From Lama guanicoe (Eukaryota), in NCBI GenBank assembly GCA_013239625.1, contig MU056050.1, forward strand, positions 6,711,838 to 6,775,837: a stretch of DNA of 64,000 bases, given 5' to 3'. The stretch's first letter is position 1; each line of letters starts with the position of its first letter. A program made the translations under genes and the position numbers. Positions 25,074 to 40,624 of this stretch are shown here, one piece after another. A model generated the notes under the pieces. The model saw only the letters and a list, made by a program, of their open reading frames with translations. It had not been told where the DNA came from and did no database searches.

Positions 25074-26129
25074 TGTTTTGGTTTTTACTTGGTTTTCTTT
25101 TTCTTGTTGTTATTTGGGGATTGTGCCCGGGGGTCGGTGTAAAAACTCCCTTACCTAGGTAATTTTACATGTTGTTCTGTTTCCAAATGCCAGGATTCCC
25201 TCTTCTGGTTTCTGTCCCAGACCCTATAAACTACTAATCCCCTCTAACAGAACAAAAATAAACCTAAGAGTGAAAAAGCCATAGTGACTGACTTATGGCT
25301 GCTGCCTACAAATATTCAGATAGCTACTAAAACTTGTGTTAAAACTCATGTTAAAATTTTGTCCTACAGCAAGAGCAGCCCCTTCCATTGCCTGAGTCTT
25401 CTAATGCTTCATAGAGAGAGAGAAAAAAAGTACGTGGTATATCAGCCAACAGGCTGAGCTGTTGTTTCCTAAGCTGGGACATTCTGAGACATTCTAAGAA
25501 ACAGTCAAAACTTGATTAACCAAGCTGTTTAGGGAGTGGGATCCTGGTGAACTGATGTGAAGCAGTCAATCCATTTGTCTTACCCATTGTTGAAATCTTT
25601 CTGAAATTATGTGTGAACCCACATAACTGTTTTAGGAATGTTAAAGATACTTTTCAGGAAAATCATGAGTCTCATACAGATACAAAAAACGAACACGTGT
25701 GATTTTATTTTACTCATTAATCAACAAGGGAACCAGACAGATGTCATAGCCAGCTCAAAGAAAAAGTCCAAAAGCACAAATTTATATGGAGTAAAGAAAT
25801 TGAATTGCAAATGGAGGCAAAACTGGTTTTTCCACAGTGGGGAGGGAAGTCAATCCAAACTCCATGGGACAAGACAGAGTTTGCATATCCATCAGTTACC
25901 TGCAATTTACAGAGGTGCAAAATAGCTCAAAGACAATGAACTGGGTTAGAATCAGGCATCTCGGAAGGGCATGCTATAGATAATGCATAGCTTTCTTGTT
26001 GAAGTACAACATTCTTTTTATAGTAAGTAAGGATGGTAGATACTTTTGGGGGGGGTATTTTGCTTCTTGTAATTTCTCAAGAGTGACTGCCTTAATTCTC
26101 ATCCAGGATTGACTTCCATGTAACACTCA

Positions 26130-27150
26130 CGCACTGAGTACTTAGTGTATGTAAGACATTGCAGAGGAACCAGAGGCTGAAGAGACAATGTTTCTTACCT
26201 TAAGTAGCTGATTGTCTAGTGGGAGAGACGGACATGCCACGCTCCCAACTAACCACATTGCAGGGGGACTAAGAATCTGTGCTGTGGCCGAGATAGGGAT
26301 GAAATGTTTAAAGAGTACCAGAGAGGGAGAAGTTAACTGATCTGGGGCTGAGGCTGCGGAGATGACACGATGACATTTAAGCTAGAGTTTGAGGGGGACA
26401 GAGAGAGGAGGAGGGGGCACAGGAGAAGCCATTTCAGGATGAGGAACCAGCCTGAAACTGGATGGTCTGTTCAGGGAAGGGTCAGGAGTCGGGGTGACAA
26501 GGGCACAGGGAGATCACAGGATGTGGCCACAGAGGGGACTAGAGGGGAGCTTTGAGGCGAGGTCATGGAAGGCCCTGAATGCTGTGCTAAGAAATGCGGG
26601 CTTGATTCTGAAGACAGAAGAAAGCTGTTGAAAGCTTTGAAGGAGAGGGGTGGTGATGTGATCGAACTGGTGCTTTAGAAGATGAATTGATTGTAGAACC
26701 AAGAGATTTGGAGGCAGAGGGACCAATTAAGAGGCTATTGTAATATTCTAGTGAGAGATGATGAGGGTCTGCGTCAGGGTCATGGTGAGAGGGGTAGAAG
26801 GAGAGGATGGAGATGGCATTATTGAGGCTTATCTCCTGATTGGATGGGGGTGGGGGTGGGGGGAAAAGGAGTTGAACTCTGAAATTTCCAGGCTAGGGAA
26901 TAGTGGTGCTATTAACTAAGATAGGAAACACGCTGGGTGTGAGGAGTGGGGAGCAGGTTTCTGGTAACAGATTGAGTTTGAGGGGCTTGGTGGACATCCA
27001 GTTAACAGCAAATTGCTGGCAGCTGGAAATTCTGGTCTGGGTCTAAGGAGGGAGGTCAGGGCCAGAGATACAGATTTGGGAGTCATCAGTGCTCCCAGAG
27101 ATACAGATTTGGGAGTCATCAGGAGCAAGGTGAAACTTTGTGAGCGCTTG
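26130..27150 (-). mobile_element. L2 LINE fragment
   Basis: gaggtcatggaaggccctgaatgctgtgctaagaa..., aagaggctattgtaatattctagtgagagatgatgaggg, agatttgggagtcatcag: typical reverse-L2 segments. Confidence 0.75.
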
Positions 27151-27180
27151 AGCTGAGAGAGAAGGAGGAGCAGGGCTCAG

Positions 27181-27239
<59 letters not shown>
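27181..27239. repeat. (CA)n microsatellite, followed by a GA-rich low-complexity tract to about 27720
   Basis: Directly visible. Confidence 0.95.
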
Positions 27240-27241
<2 letters not shown>

Positions 27242-27939
27242 GGGAGGGGCCGGGGTGGGGGACAGCCAGACTGAGCTGCAGAGATAGCAAGAGACCGAGA
27301 AGGAGAGATAGAGGGAGACAGAAGGACAGGAGAGGGAGACTGAAGGCTGAGGACTAAGAGTGGACGGGAAGGGGAGGCCTGAGGAGGGAGAAAGAGAAGG
27401 AGGAGGAGGAGAGAATGGAGCCTGAGGGAAAATAAGGAAAGTGAGATTAAGGAGGGAAAGGACTGGGTCAGGAGAGATGGGAAAGGGGAGAAAGCTGGAG
27501 CGGGGGCCTGATGTGGGGGGAGATAAGGAGAAGAGAAGCAGAGGGGAGGAGAGGGAGAACAGTAGGGGGAAGGAGAGTGCTGAGGAGGAACAGAGGGAAA
27601 TGGAGAAGAGATTGAAAGAGGAGAGGGAAGGCCAGAGACTGAGAAATGAGTCGGGTAGGAAGAGAAAGAGGGAGGGAAGGGAAAGGGATGGAAGAGGGTG
27701 ACAGAGGTGAGGAGACTGAGCAAGATGAAGGCCTGGTTTCTGGGGTGGGTGGCGGGAGGGGAGGGTCCAAATAGGCCAGCGGGTGCTGGGCCCAGAAAGC
27801 CAGGAGAGGGGCAGGCACAGAGGAAGGGGCGAAGGCAGTGGTATCATGTGTGACAGACAGGAGTAGGGTGAGAACAAGAGGAGAATGGGGGGATGCGGCC
27901 CTGCTCTGCTCTCATTGACTGTCGCTTGTCCCTTCCCTC

Positions 27940-28375
27940 TGCACCGGCCACGTTGGCCTCGTGTCTGTTTTCTGATCTTAGCAGGCACCCCGTGCCTTGG
28001 AACCTTTGCCAGTTTGTTCCCTCTGCCTGGAGTGCTCTTCCCCCAGACATCCACATGGCTCACCCCTTTGCTTCCTTCAGGCTGTTTAAATGTCTCCCTC
28101 TCAGCAAGGCCTTCCCTGATCACCCATTTTCTGACTGTAGCCCATTCTGCTCCCTGCCGCGGCGCCGCCATGCCCCTTAGCCTGTGTTATACCGACTTCT
28201 AACATCCTATAACATACAGTCATTTAATGTGTTTACTGTCCGTCTCACCCCACTAGAATATAAACTCCATGAAGACAGGGATTTCTGGTCTTTTTAAATT
28301 GTTGAATCTCCAGTTCTTAGGACAGTGCTGGCACATAGTAGGTGCTCAATAAATATTTGTTGAATGAATAAATGA
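27940..28375 (+). mobile_element. L2a-type LINE 3' end
   Basis: Ends ...gacagtgctggcacatagtaggtgctcaataaatatttgttgaatgaataaatga. Confidence 0.85.
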
Positions 28376-29435
28376 TACTGTGTTGAATGTGGACAATCTC
28401 TGAAAATTGTATAAAGGATAAGTATCCTGACATGTCTGTATTTTACTGTGATTTACTTCTTTGGAAAGTGGAGAATAGCATAAAATTCTGATCACTGTAG
28501 GGTTTTGTTCATCTGAGCTTTGATGAATAAGCCTTTTAGCTGATAAGTTAACTGGAATTTAAGGATCTCAAGACGAGCTCGTTGGATAAACCACCTTTTC
28601 TTGATGCCTGATTTTCTCTGTAAGGTGAATTGGCTGTACAGTGGTTGTCAACAGCGAGAGCTCAACATTGGCCGGTGAAAAGGGTGGCAGGTCATGGGGA
28701 TGACAGGCTGATAGGGACAGGGACAGAAATGTGTGATTCTTGATAGAGCATTGTTTTTTTGTTCGTTTGCTTGTTTGTGGTCAGAGTACAAGGAGTGTTG
28801 CATCTAATTTGAAGGGATCTTTAAGCCAGGTTGGATACATACATTGTATCTATATAACTCCTAACTTGAAAGGAGAATAGAGTATTATTGAAGGGCTCAT
28901 AAAGAAAGCATGTCCTTCCTCTAGAGAGCTTATATTGGCTACGTCACTCAAATACTTCAGTACTTGTGGATTAGAGACTTGACGAGAAAAAGATCCTCAG
29001 TAGTCTTTCAATGCACTGTGCATATATGGGAATGACCCTCTAATTGTAGTTGGTTGGGCTAAATGTGTGTAGAAAAATATACTGTCATCTCACTTGTCTG
29101 AAATAGATTGAATTTCCTCGAGCACTCATACATATCTGTCTTTAAGATAATTTGAAAATCACTCTAGGTGATTAACAGCGTCCCTGTCTCCATCCTGAAG
29201 CCTATGGATTCCTGGAAAGCTGGTGCTCCCTTACCTTCATTTGGGCCTTCATTTTCCATAGCAGGCTGGCTTGTGAGAGAGACTGCTTTCACAATTTGGT
29301 GCTAGAATTACCTTGATGTATTTAAATGTGTCCGGGTAAAGGTGGTTAAAGCAGCTGTCCGTGTTACAAGTTTTGATTTTCGGGGGTTCTTTTTCCCCAG
29401 GGGGAGTGGCCACAGCAGGTCCTATCTGGTGCTGA

Positions 29436-29531
<96 letters not shown>

Positions 29532-32500
29532 TGAGGAGGCTGGGAAGGTGGCTGTCGCCGGCTTCCAGTGAGCGGTAGCTGCTCACCAGTGGGGTAGCTG
29601 CAGCAGGGCCTGAGGAGGGAGCCTGGGGAGGAGGCTGTTGGTTGTTTCTAATTTTGCTGAGATGGGCTGGGGCTGGGGCGTGTGAGTAGCCGTTTTGGCC
29701 ACACTGTCCCGGTTTAGATGAAGGTGAAGAGGCCAACAGATGACCTTTCGCCAACTAGTATTTGTCTACTCATTAAGAACTGTCAGACTGTGGAGTAGAG
29801 GGAAGCTCAGGCGATTGCAATTTTTATTTGCTGCATCCATGTTCTGTGCTCAAGGATACGTGTAAGATATTTTTGGTCCTTGATCTAAGCCTGGAAGAAA
29901 GGCGGTTTTATCATTCAGCTTTATACTGGGAGCTGTTAGTGGGGATTCTGGGGATCAGCACTTTCCTGCCTCACGAGGCTAACGATGATTCGCAGTGAGA
30001 TCCTTATGAAGTATCAAAGGAAGGTCAAACTGCTTAATGTTGTTTTCATACAAAATTGAGAGTTGGTGATGCCTGCCCGATCGGTGTGTGTTTTCAGTTT
30101 TCTGTTCACCAGAATATGGGGTTGACCAAGCTATACCATTTCCTGTTCATGCCTTGTATGAAGAGCACTCAAAATGGCCTTCAGATTCTACCTTTGACTT
30201 TCATAGCCCTTGGCCAAAGAGCTGTATGTGATGGTTGCCATGCCTCTCCCAGTTTTAGAGAAGGCATGACTCCCCGCTGCTTGCTGGTATTTAGCTGTTG
30301 TTTCAATATTTCGTCTGTTGAAATCTAGATACATCAGATCAATCACATAGAATGCAGAATGATATGGCTTTTCCTGGGATTCAAGATCTGGCATTTCGTA
30401 GGGGTACATCTTGGAAGTGTATGCATGGCTGTGTGTGCATGTGGAGGAGTGTTGGCAATTGTGAAAGGAAAAGGAATGGATGTCTGTGTGTATCTACTTT
30501 CTTCTTCTGTTCTTAACTGGAGAAGTATGTACTTGTCTGAGGTTCAGGTGAGGAGAATAGACCTTTTAATTTTTTTAAGAAGCCATTAGTGCCTGATAGT
30601 TTAATGTTCTCTGTACTGAGGAACAAGTTAGAGATGGACTTAGAAGGAATTTGATCTTAGAATATAAAAGTCAAGACAAAATACTTCTCAGGTCTTCACA
30701 AGAAAGATATTTTCTTTTGCATATGAGGTATGTCCTTAAAAGATAACTAAGAGATGATGTGGAGGAAGGCAGGGGGGTGGTATTGATTATGTGAGTATTC
30801 ATCGGCAACTAATTACAAGTAGTTGAGACTTTGAGGTGGAGATCTGGACAGGAGCCTTCAAATAAATCAATGGACAAGTTACCTTGGTTTACTGTCCATC
30901 CTAAATCCCTGCTGAAAAAGGAGCAGGAGGTGGGCCTGAACCTGATTTTTCCCTCCTTCTGGACCTTTCTTGGTATGTTAGATTACCAAATATGCCTGAT
31001 AGTTAAAATGACCTTTTAAGTTTTGTCACCTCTGGTCATCTACCCTTTATTGTCACCTTCCCACTACAGTCTAGGTCATACTATAGCTGATTTCCAAAAT
31101 GTGATGTCACCTTATTTAAAAACCATCTTTCTCAGCCATTTACAACTTGTAGAACTTAGTCATTTGGGTGTAAAGCTGCATCTGGGGATTAACTCAAAGT
31201 TGTGTTTGAGAAACCTGCCCAGCTTCATCAGATGGAGTTGAGGACTGTAGAAATAGGGGCAGGGGCTTTCTACTGGCCCCAGATGGCTGACTCTAGTCAA
31301 GCCTCCAGTGAAATCTCTGTTTCGTTACTTGCTTGCTTCCTTTCTCATACGCATTCATTCCTTCATTCAACAAACATTTATTAAACCCAATGAGAGTGAA
31401 CCAGTAGTCATGGGGCATTGGTGGTAAGTGCTGTAGAGTGGCATGTACAGGTCCCATGGGAGTCTAAAGGCAAGAATGAGAAACTTCCTGGGGGTGTAAG
31501 GGAAGGCTTCTCAGTGGCAGCAACATTTGAGCTGCAGCTTGGGGGATGAGTAGGAGTTTCAGGTGAGGGCTGGAATTTCTCTCACGGTGTGTTTGGGGAA
31601 GACCCTGGTGGGGATAAAGGCGGTCTTGGGGTGCTGTGGGGCTTGAGGCACAGAGAGTCTACAGGGGCTGCAATCTAAGAAGCGAGATGTATGCCATGTA
31701 GTTACAGCCCAACAGGAACTGAAAAAGGTCTGGTTTGACAGTGGTGCTAGCCCTTAATAATTAGGAAAACAGCCCTGAAAGGTTATGGCTGTTTCTGGTT
31801 TAAGTTCAACAAAGCCTTGAGCATAACAGTCCAGGGTCATGTCTGTTGGGAAGAAACGGCGGGATTGATTTTCAGTCCTGACTGAAGCCTGCTTTGACCC
31901 CTGCTCCCTTCTCCCCGCCACCGCACCCTCCTCATCTTGCAGGGTTGACCCAGGTCTCCCCATGCACCCCTCCCCTGCGAGCTCTTCCTGTCCCGGGCTC
32001 TTCTCTCAGTGGAGTAATTTAATGTTTGCTTGGCTTTATACAGCCCTCTCCTCAGAGGGTTGGAAACGTGGCTGCAGGACATCTTCCCAGAGCCCAGGGG
32101 CTGGCACTTGGGCCTGGGTGTGGCTGGAGTAGCCAGGACTGCTGCTGCCACCACCAGAGCCTCTGGGCCCACTGGCTCTGCCACTCTGGTGGCGGCCTTC
32201 ACAGGCAGGGCTTCTGCTTTCAGGGTGGTTTTATGCGGGATGGGAGCTGAGCACAGGGCCAAGTATGCAGCTGGCTCCCCTTTGTATGATCAGGAGGGGG
32301 AAAATGGAAATAGCATCTCCCCTCTGCTGTCCCTCATGAAGGGCACCCTGCTGCTCCTTTTCCCTCCCCACCATCCTCCCCCCAAAACTACCCCTGGCCA
32401 GTCTAATTGGAACACGCTTCTCCCCTGGCCCAAAGCAGGGTACTGTGCTTGCTTTTCTGGTCTCTCAGGAGTTGATGTCAAAGTGTGTTTTCCCTTTCCC

Positions 32501-34186
32501 TCAGGCTCCCCCTTCCTCCCCTTCCTTGAGACCCACCCCAACCTCCGACTGCATCTTCAGCCCTCACCTCTCTTTACCAACATTTCTCTTTGTGGCCAAC
32601 AGTCATTGCCAGCAGTGGAACCCTCCCAATTCTGCCAGCCTAGCTGCCTTTTGAAGGGAACAAGCCTTTCCCCCTGGTTGGTCCCTCCTGGTGACCTGAA
32701 AAGATGGGGAGAGGCCCTTGGTGACCCCCTTGTCTTTTTTGCTTCTCTTGCCCCAGGGACAATTTTGGGGTCTAGCAATGGTGCTCTGTTCCAGTGGGAG
32801 GGAAGGGGTAGCAGGGCCCTCTCAATCCTCTTGGGGGTTGGCTGCGGGCACCCTGACTGCCCCTGCTTAGGGTGGCTTCTGAGGTGGGTGCTGGCTTCTT
32901 CCCCGGCTGTCACGGAGCTCAGGGCAAGGCTCTGAATAAGAGGAGGTGAGCCCCATGGCAGTCTACCTCCCCAGTGGCGCACAGAGCATTCCTATGCCTT
33001 GCCCCCTAGGAGCCGCTGCGCATCACTTTTGCCAGAGCTTTATTCTTACACTTAAACCTTCCACTCGGCCACTCATACCAGGGCTCCATTCCCACCCGTG
33101 TCTTCCCCAAGACAGCAGTGGTACAGTCTTGCTGTGCTCAAAATACCAAACTCCCAGTGGGTATTTGTCCTCTCTCCAACTTCACCTTCCCAGTCTGACT
33201 TTTTTTTTTTTTCAGTCAAGATATACCATTTTCTGATTCTTACCCAAATTTTGGAGAGGGCTTTTTGAGTGTTGGGGATACAGTTGAGTTTTCCTCCTTT
33301 GGGACCCAGCTTTCTGGCCTTAAGCCTTTCCCGCTGCAACACACCAACTTGAATTTGGGATTTATGTCCTTTGGGTTGGGAGAAAATTCAGTGGTACTGG
33401 GAGGCCAAGGGGAGGGTGGCGAGCTGGCAGGGGTTAGGATGCAACCCAGAGTAGAAAGGTAGGAAGGAGGGTGCTGGCTGGAGCTTGCTGGTCCTCTAGA
33501 AAAGGGGAAGAGGTACCCTAGAGGGAAAGAAGTTGTGCCCTTGAAATGCCCCTCAGCACCCTGACCTGGTGGCCTTGAATCAGTATCGTTACACGTGGTA
33601 ATAGACGTGTGTCTGCTCTAGGCAGGCCTGTCAGATAAACAGGTAATGATTCCAATTTAGAACAGAAAACACAATGGAGGGGTTATTTGTTTTAGAAAAG
33701 GGTTACACTTATGGTATCTGCAGCCAGCTTCCCTTATAGACTTAAAATAAGACTGCATTCATGAGAAAAGCTGTTTGTATGCCTTTTGAGATCATCTGTG
33801 ATTTACCTCTTCCCCTTTGGCAATATCCAGTACCTCCTGGGCGCTCACCTTGACAGATAAGCTCTAGGGGCAAGGAAGGGTTCTGGGGTGTCCTCCACAC
33901 TCCCTTGTGAGAGCCCTAGAAAACAGGGCACATGGCCCAGAGAGGGGAGTCTGGTCAGATTGGGCTCCTTTGCAGGAACTTGAAAAACTGGGCACCAAGG
34001 CTTCAGTTTACAACCTGGGCCCCTCTCCCCAACCCCAGTTCCTTGTGGTTTTCCCCAAGCCACTAAGTGAAGTGAGGCAGGAAGGTTTTATGAGAACACG
34101 GGTAGGCAGGGGGCATTCTGGGGAAGGTGGCGGTGGCCTGAAGACTAGGCCTCATGTCCCTTTTCTGATTGTGTCTCCCATGCTAG

Positions 34187-34277
34187 AAGAGCACCTCTTT
34201 CTGATGAGGAGTCCACGACAGGTGACTGCCAGCACTTTGGATCTCAGGAGTTTTGTGTCAGCAGCAGTTTTTCCAAG
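34187..34277 (+). CDS. BCORL1: BCORL1 exon 3: (R)[30 protein letters not shown]
   Basis: Acceptor ...tgctag|, donor AAG|GTAAGG. 91 nt; phases fit exons 2 and 4. Confidence 0.96.
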
Positions 34278-34527
34278 GTAAGGGGCCACGTGGAGCCACG
34301 TGCCACCTGCCAAAGGGTGGAGCTCAACTGCCTGGGCCCAGCCTGCCATCCCAAGAAGGGGGCCAGAAAGGCACAGGGTATTTCCGAGGAGTTGCTGTAT
34401 ATGAGACAGAAATTGGCCAGCTGCTCTTTGCTTCTGCTGAGACCCGGTTGGTCGAGTTGCAAAGAGGACCAGCAATCACCCTTCCTGGGCCCCAGGCCAC
34501 TTGCACCATCTACAGAGAGCTAGCTAA

Positions 34528-37959
<3,432 letters not shown>

Positions 37960-38050
37960 TGAACTGAACTAATTGGAAGGCTTGTGTAAAGTGAATCCTG
38001 ACCCTTACTAAGTCACATTCTCCATATATTTTGTTTAACGGGGGGGGGGG

Positions 38051-38267
38051 NNNNNNNNNNNNNNNNNNNNNNNNNNNNNNNNNNNNNNNNNNNNNNNNNN
38101 NNNNNNNNNNNNNNNNNNNNNNNNNNNNNNNNNNNNNNNNNNNNNNNNNNNNNNNNNNNNNNNNNNNNNNNNNNNNNNNNNNNNNNNNNNNNNNNNNNNN
38201 NNNNNNNNNNNNNNNNNNNNNNNNNNNNNNNNNNNNNNNNNNNNNNNNNNNNNNNNNNNNNNNNNNN
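38051..38267. other. Assembly gap (217 N)
   Basis: Run of N preceded by a G homopolymer. Confidence 1.
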
Positions 38268-38929
38268 GGGGTAGTCTCGTACTTTGTAGCATGTGAGAAA
38301 TGATTTGTTCCCTGAGGCTAGGGAAGCCATTGTCCCAGATGAGGTTGCAAAGCAAAGAAGGTATGGGGAGGGAAATCAATGCATGACAGGCCCTTCCCTG
38401 GGGAGCTGTTCTTCCTTTTCCTTTTCTAAGACGACTGCTGCCCTTGAGAACTTAGGGCCCAGGGAGGGAAGGGGCCTTTGACAGGGTTATTTTCTGCACC
38501 ACCCAGGTAGCCTGCTCAGGATTTGCTTGGAGTTTTGTGGAGCTAGAGTAGTTCAGCTTCTGGGCTGACCCACCAGTTTCCTCTTCCCCTAATGCTTGGG
38601 GCGGCAGCTTTGGGTTTCGGGCCATTGGGAATTTGGTATGCAAGTCAGATAGGCATCTGAGTCTGGGTTCTTAATAGGCTAAGGATGGTGGCAGGGTTCT
38701 AGGCAAAAAAGTGGACCATGAGGACTTGACTTGAATTCAGTGTTCCTCCAAAGAGGATCTGAAGGCCACTGGTGATCCAAGGAGATTCTTGAAGCAGTTG
38801 AGGATACGGCTTATTCAGAATTTGGAGCAATTTGAGGTTATGTTAACATAACAAGCCTTCAAATTAGATGTTGAGATACACTAATGAATAGATTTCTAGC
38901 CAGGGCACCATGAATTTGTTTGTGGCAAA

Positions 38930-39095
38930 AGCTCTCAGTCTTTTTTGGACCATAGAACACTTTGAGAGGCTGATGAGAGCTGTGGACCCTGTCCCCAGAA
39001 ACATGGTCTCAGAATTTTGCCAATAATTTCACAGGGTCATGGACCCAACCCCCTCTCCAAAGCCCACCCATGGATTCCAGGTTAAGAACACCAGG
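38930..39095. mobile_element. hAT-Charlie family non-autonomous element
   Basis: tttgagaggctgatgagagctgtggaccctgtccccagaaa...catggattccaggttaagaacacc. Subfamily uncertain. Confidence 0.6.
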
Positions 39096-39239
39096 GATAG
39101 AGTTTAGGTGGGTTTTTCTCCGTGATCCCATGACCACCTCAGTATGATAAGAGACATGCCAAGTAGCTACATAGGTCATGACATAGAAGAGCACATATCT
39201 AGCATTTGCTCAGGTAACCAAGATCTGCCCTTGGTGGTA

Positions 39240-39480
39240 ACAATAATAATAATTCATGTCCTTAGAGTTGTTACCATTTGTTGAACAACCAAGTGCTTCC
39301 AGATACATTATAACTTAATCCTTAAAATAACCTTATGAGGTGAATACCTCACCCAATGTACAGATAAGAAAATGAAGGAAACAGACTGAGTAGGTGAGTT
39401 ACACAAATTCACACAGCTACTAAATGGCAAAAGTGGAACTCAAACTCTGGCCTCATTGGCTCTAAAGTTCACGTTCATCT
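39240..39480 (-). mobile_element. MIR SINE
   Basis: cttaatccttaaaataaccttatgagg...cagataagaaaatgaagg...cacacagctactaaatggcaaa. Confidence 0.65.
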
Positions 39481-39529
39481 TCAGCTATGCTACACCGTCT
39501 TCCACTCTCCTTCTGTCTAGCTGTTTCAC

Positions 39530-40220
39530 TGACCATTTAGCAAGTGTTTGTTGAGTGGCTGCTACACGTGGGTCCTTCCCAGGCAGTGGGAATACATTGC
39601 CAACAGGGCAGTACAGCGCTTTGGTGAGCAGAATGCTCTCTGGAGCCAGGCACACTGCCTGAGTTTGAATCTTGGTTCTACTTCTCCCTAGCTCTGTGAT
39701 ATCAGTCAAGCTACTTCATCTCTCTGGCCCTCAGTTTTCTCATCTATGCAATGAGACAGTAATAGTACCTATTCATAGAGTGGTGTAAAGAGTAAATGAC
39801 ATGATGTTGTGAAATGTCCAGAATAGGCGGGCTGATAGAGACAGAAAGTAGATTAGTGGTTGCCTAAGGCTGGAGGGAATGAGGAATTGGAGAGTGATGG
39901 CTTAATGGGTACAGGCTTTCCATTTGGGGTGATGAAAAATTTCTGGAACTAGATAGTGATGGTGATGCTTGCACGTTTCTGTGACTGTACTAAAACAATT
40001 GAATTATAAACATAAATAAGTGAATTGTGTGATATAGCTCACTAAATTATATGTCTAAAAAGCTGTTGTTTAAAAATGATTAAATGAGGTGATATACATA
40101 GATGCTTAGAGCAGCGCCTGGCACGTAGTGAGTGCTCAGGGAGTGCTAGCGGCTGCCGATATTATTGCTAGTATTCCTCGCCAGGTAGACGTGGTCCCTG
40201 CCCTCATGGAGCTTATGTCT
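39530..40220. mobile_element. Nested L2(-) > MIR(+) > L1M(+, about 39810-40075)
   Basis: L2 end split at about 39605/40180. MIR split at about 39805/40075. The L1 piece reads gaaatgtccagaatagg...gagacagaaagtagattagtggttgcc. Confidence 0.7.
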
Positions 40221-40522
40221 TCAGATGACTCAATGACAGGCAGGCACTGCCCCTTCCTTTATTAGATGAGCAGTTCACCAGGCCCACTGACAGAGGCAGA
40301 GGGCAGAGAATAAAGTTACGGGATCAGGGGCCTTGAAGCAGCCATTGGTGACTGCCTGTAATGAGTTAGTAAATGTCCATTTTTTGGGACAGCAAGTGAC
40401 TTAGATCTTTCTTTTCTTATGTTCCATTTTCCTGAGAAAGAAATTGTTGCTAAACAAATTAAAATCAGGGGTTAATTCAAAACAGCCCCTTTCAAGGTAT
40501 GGCCAAGAATCAAAATAGTCTC

Positions 40523-40624
40523 AGTAGTGTATGCAGAAGTAGAAATATAATGTTATGTACATGAAACGTATGTTATAAACCAATGTCACTCAATAAAAAA
40601 TTAAATAAAAACATTTTTTAAAAA
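40523..40624 (+). mobile_element. 5'-truncated L1 3' end with 18-bp TSD
   Basis: AAGAATCAAAATAGTCTC (40505-40522) and AAGAATCAGAATAGTCTC (40625-40642) flank a ~100-nt insert with AATAAA and an A-rich tail. Confidence 0.8.

Noticed and set aside
27043..28171. 226- and 350-aa minus-strand ORFs
   Set aside because: They derive from the GA-rich tract, (CA)n and L2 sequence, and are low complexity.
32030..32935. 301-aa + strand ORF in intron 2 (possible nested gene or retrogene)
   Set aside because: TTG start, no recognisable family, and no poly(A) or TSD seen. A chance ORF is most likely; a BLASTP hit or positive PhyloCSF score would overturn this.
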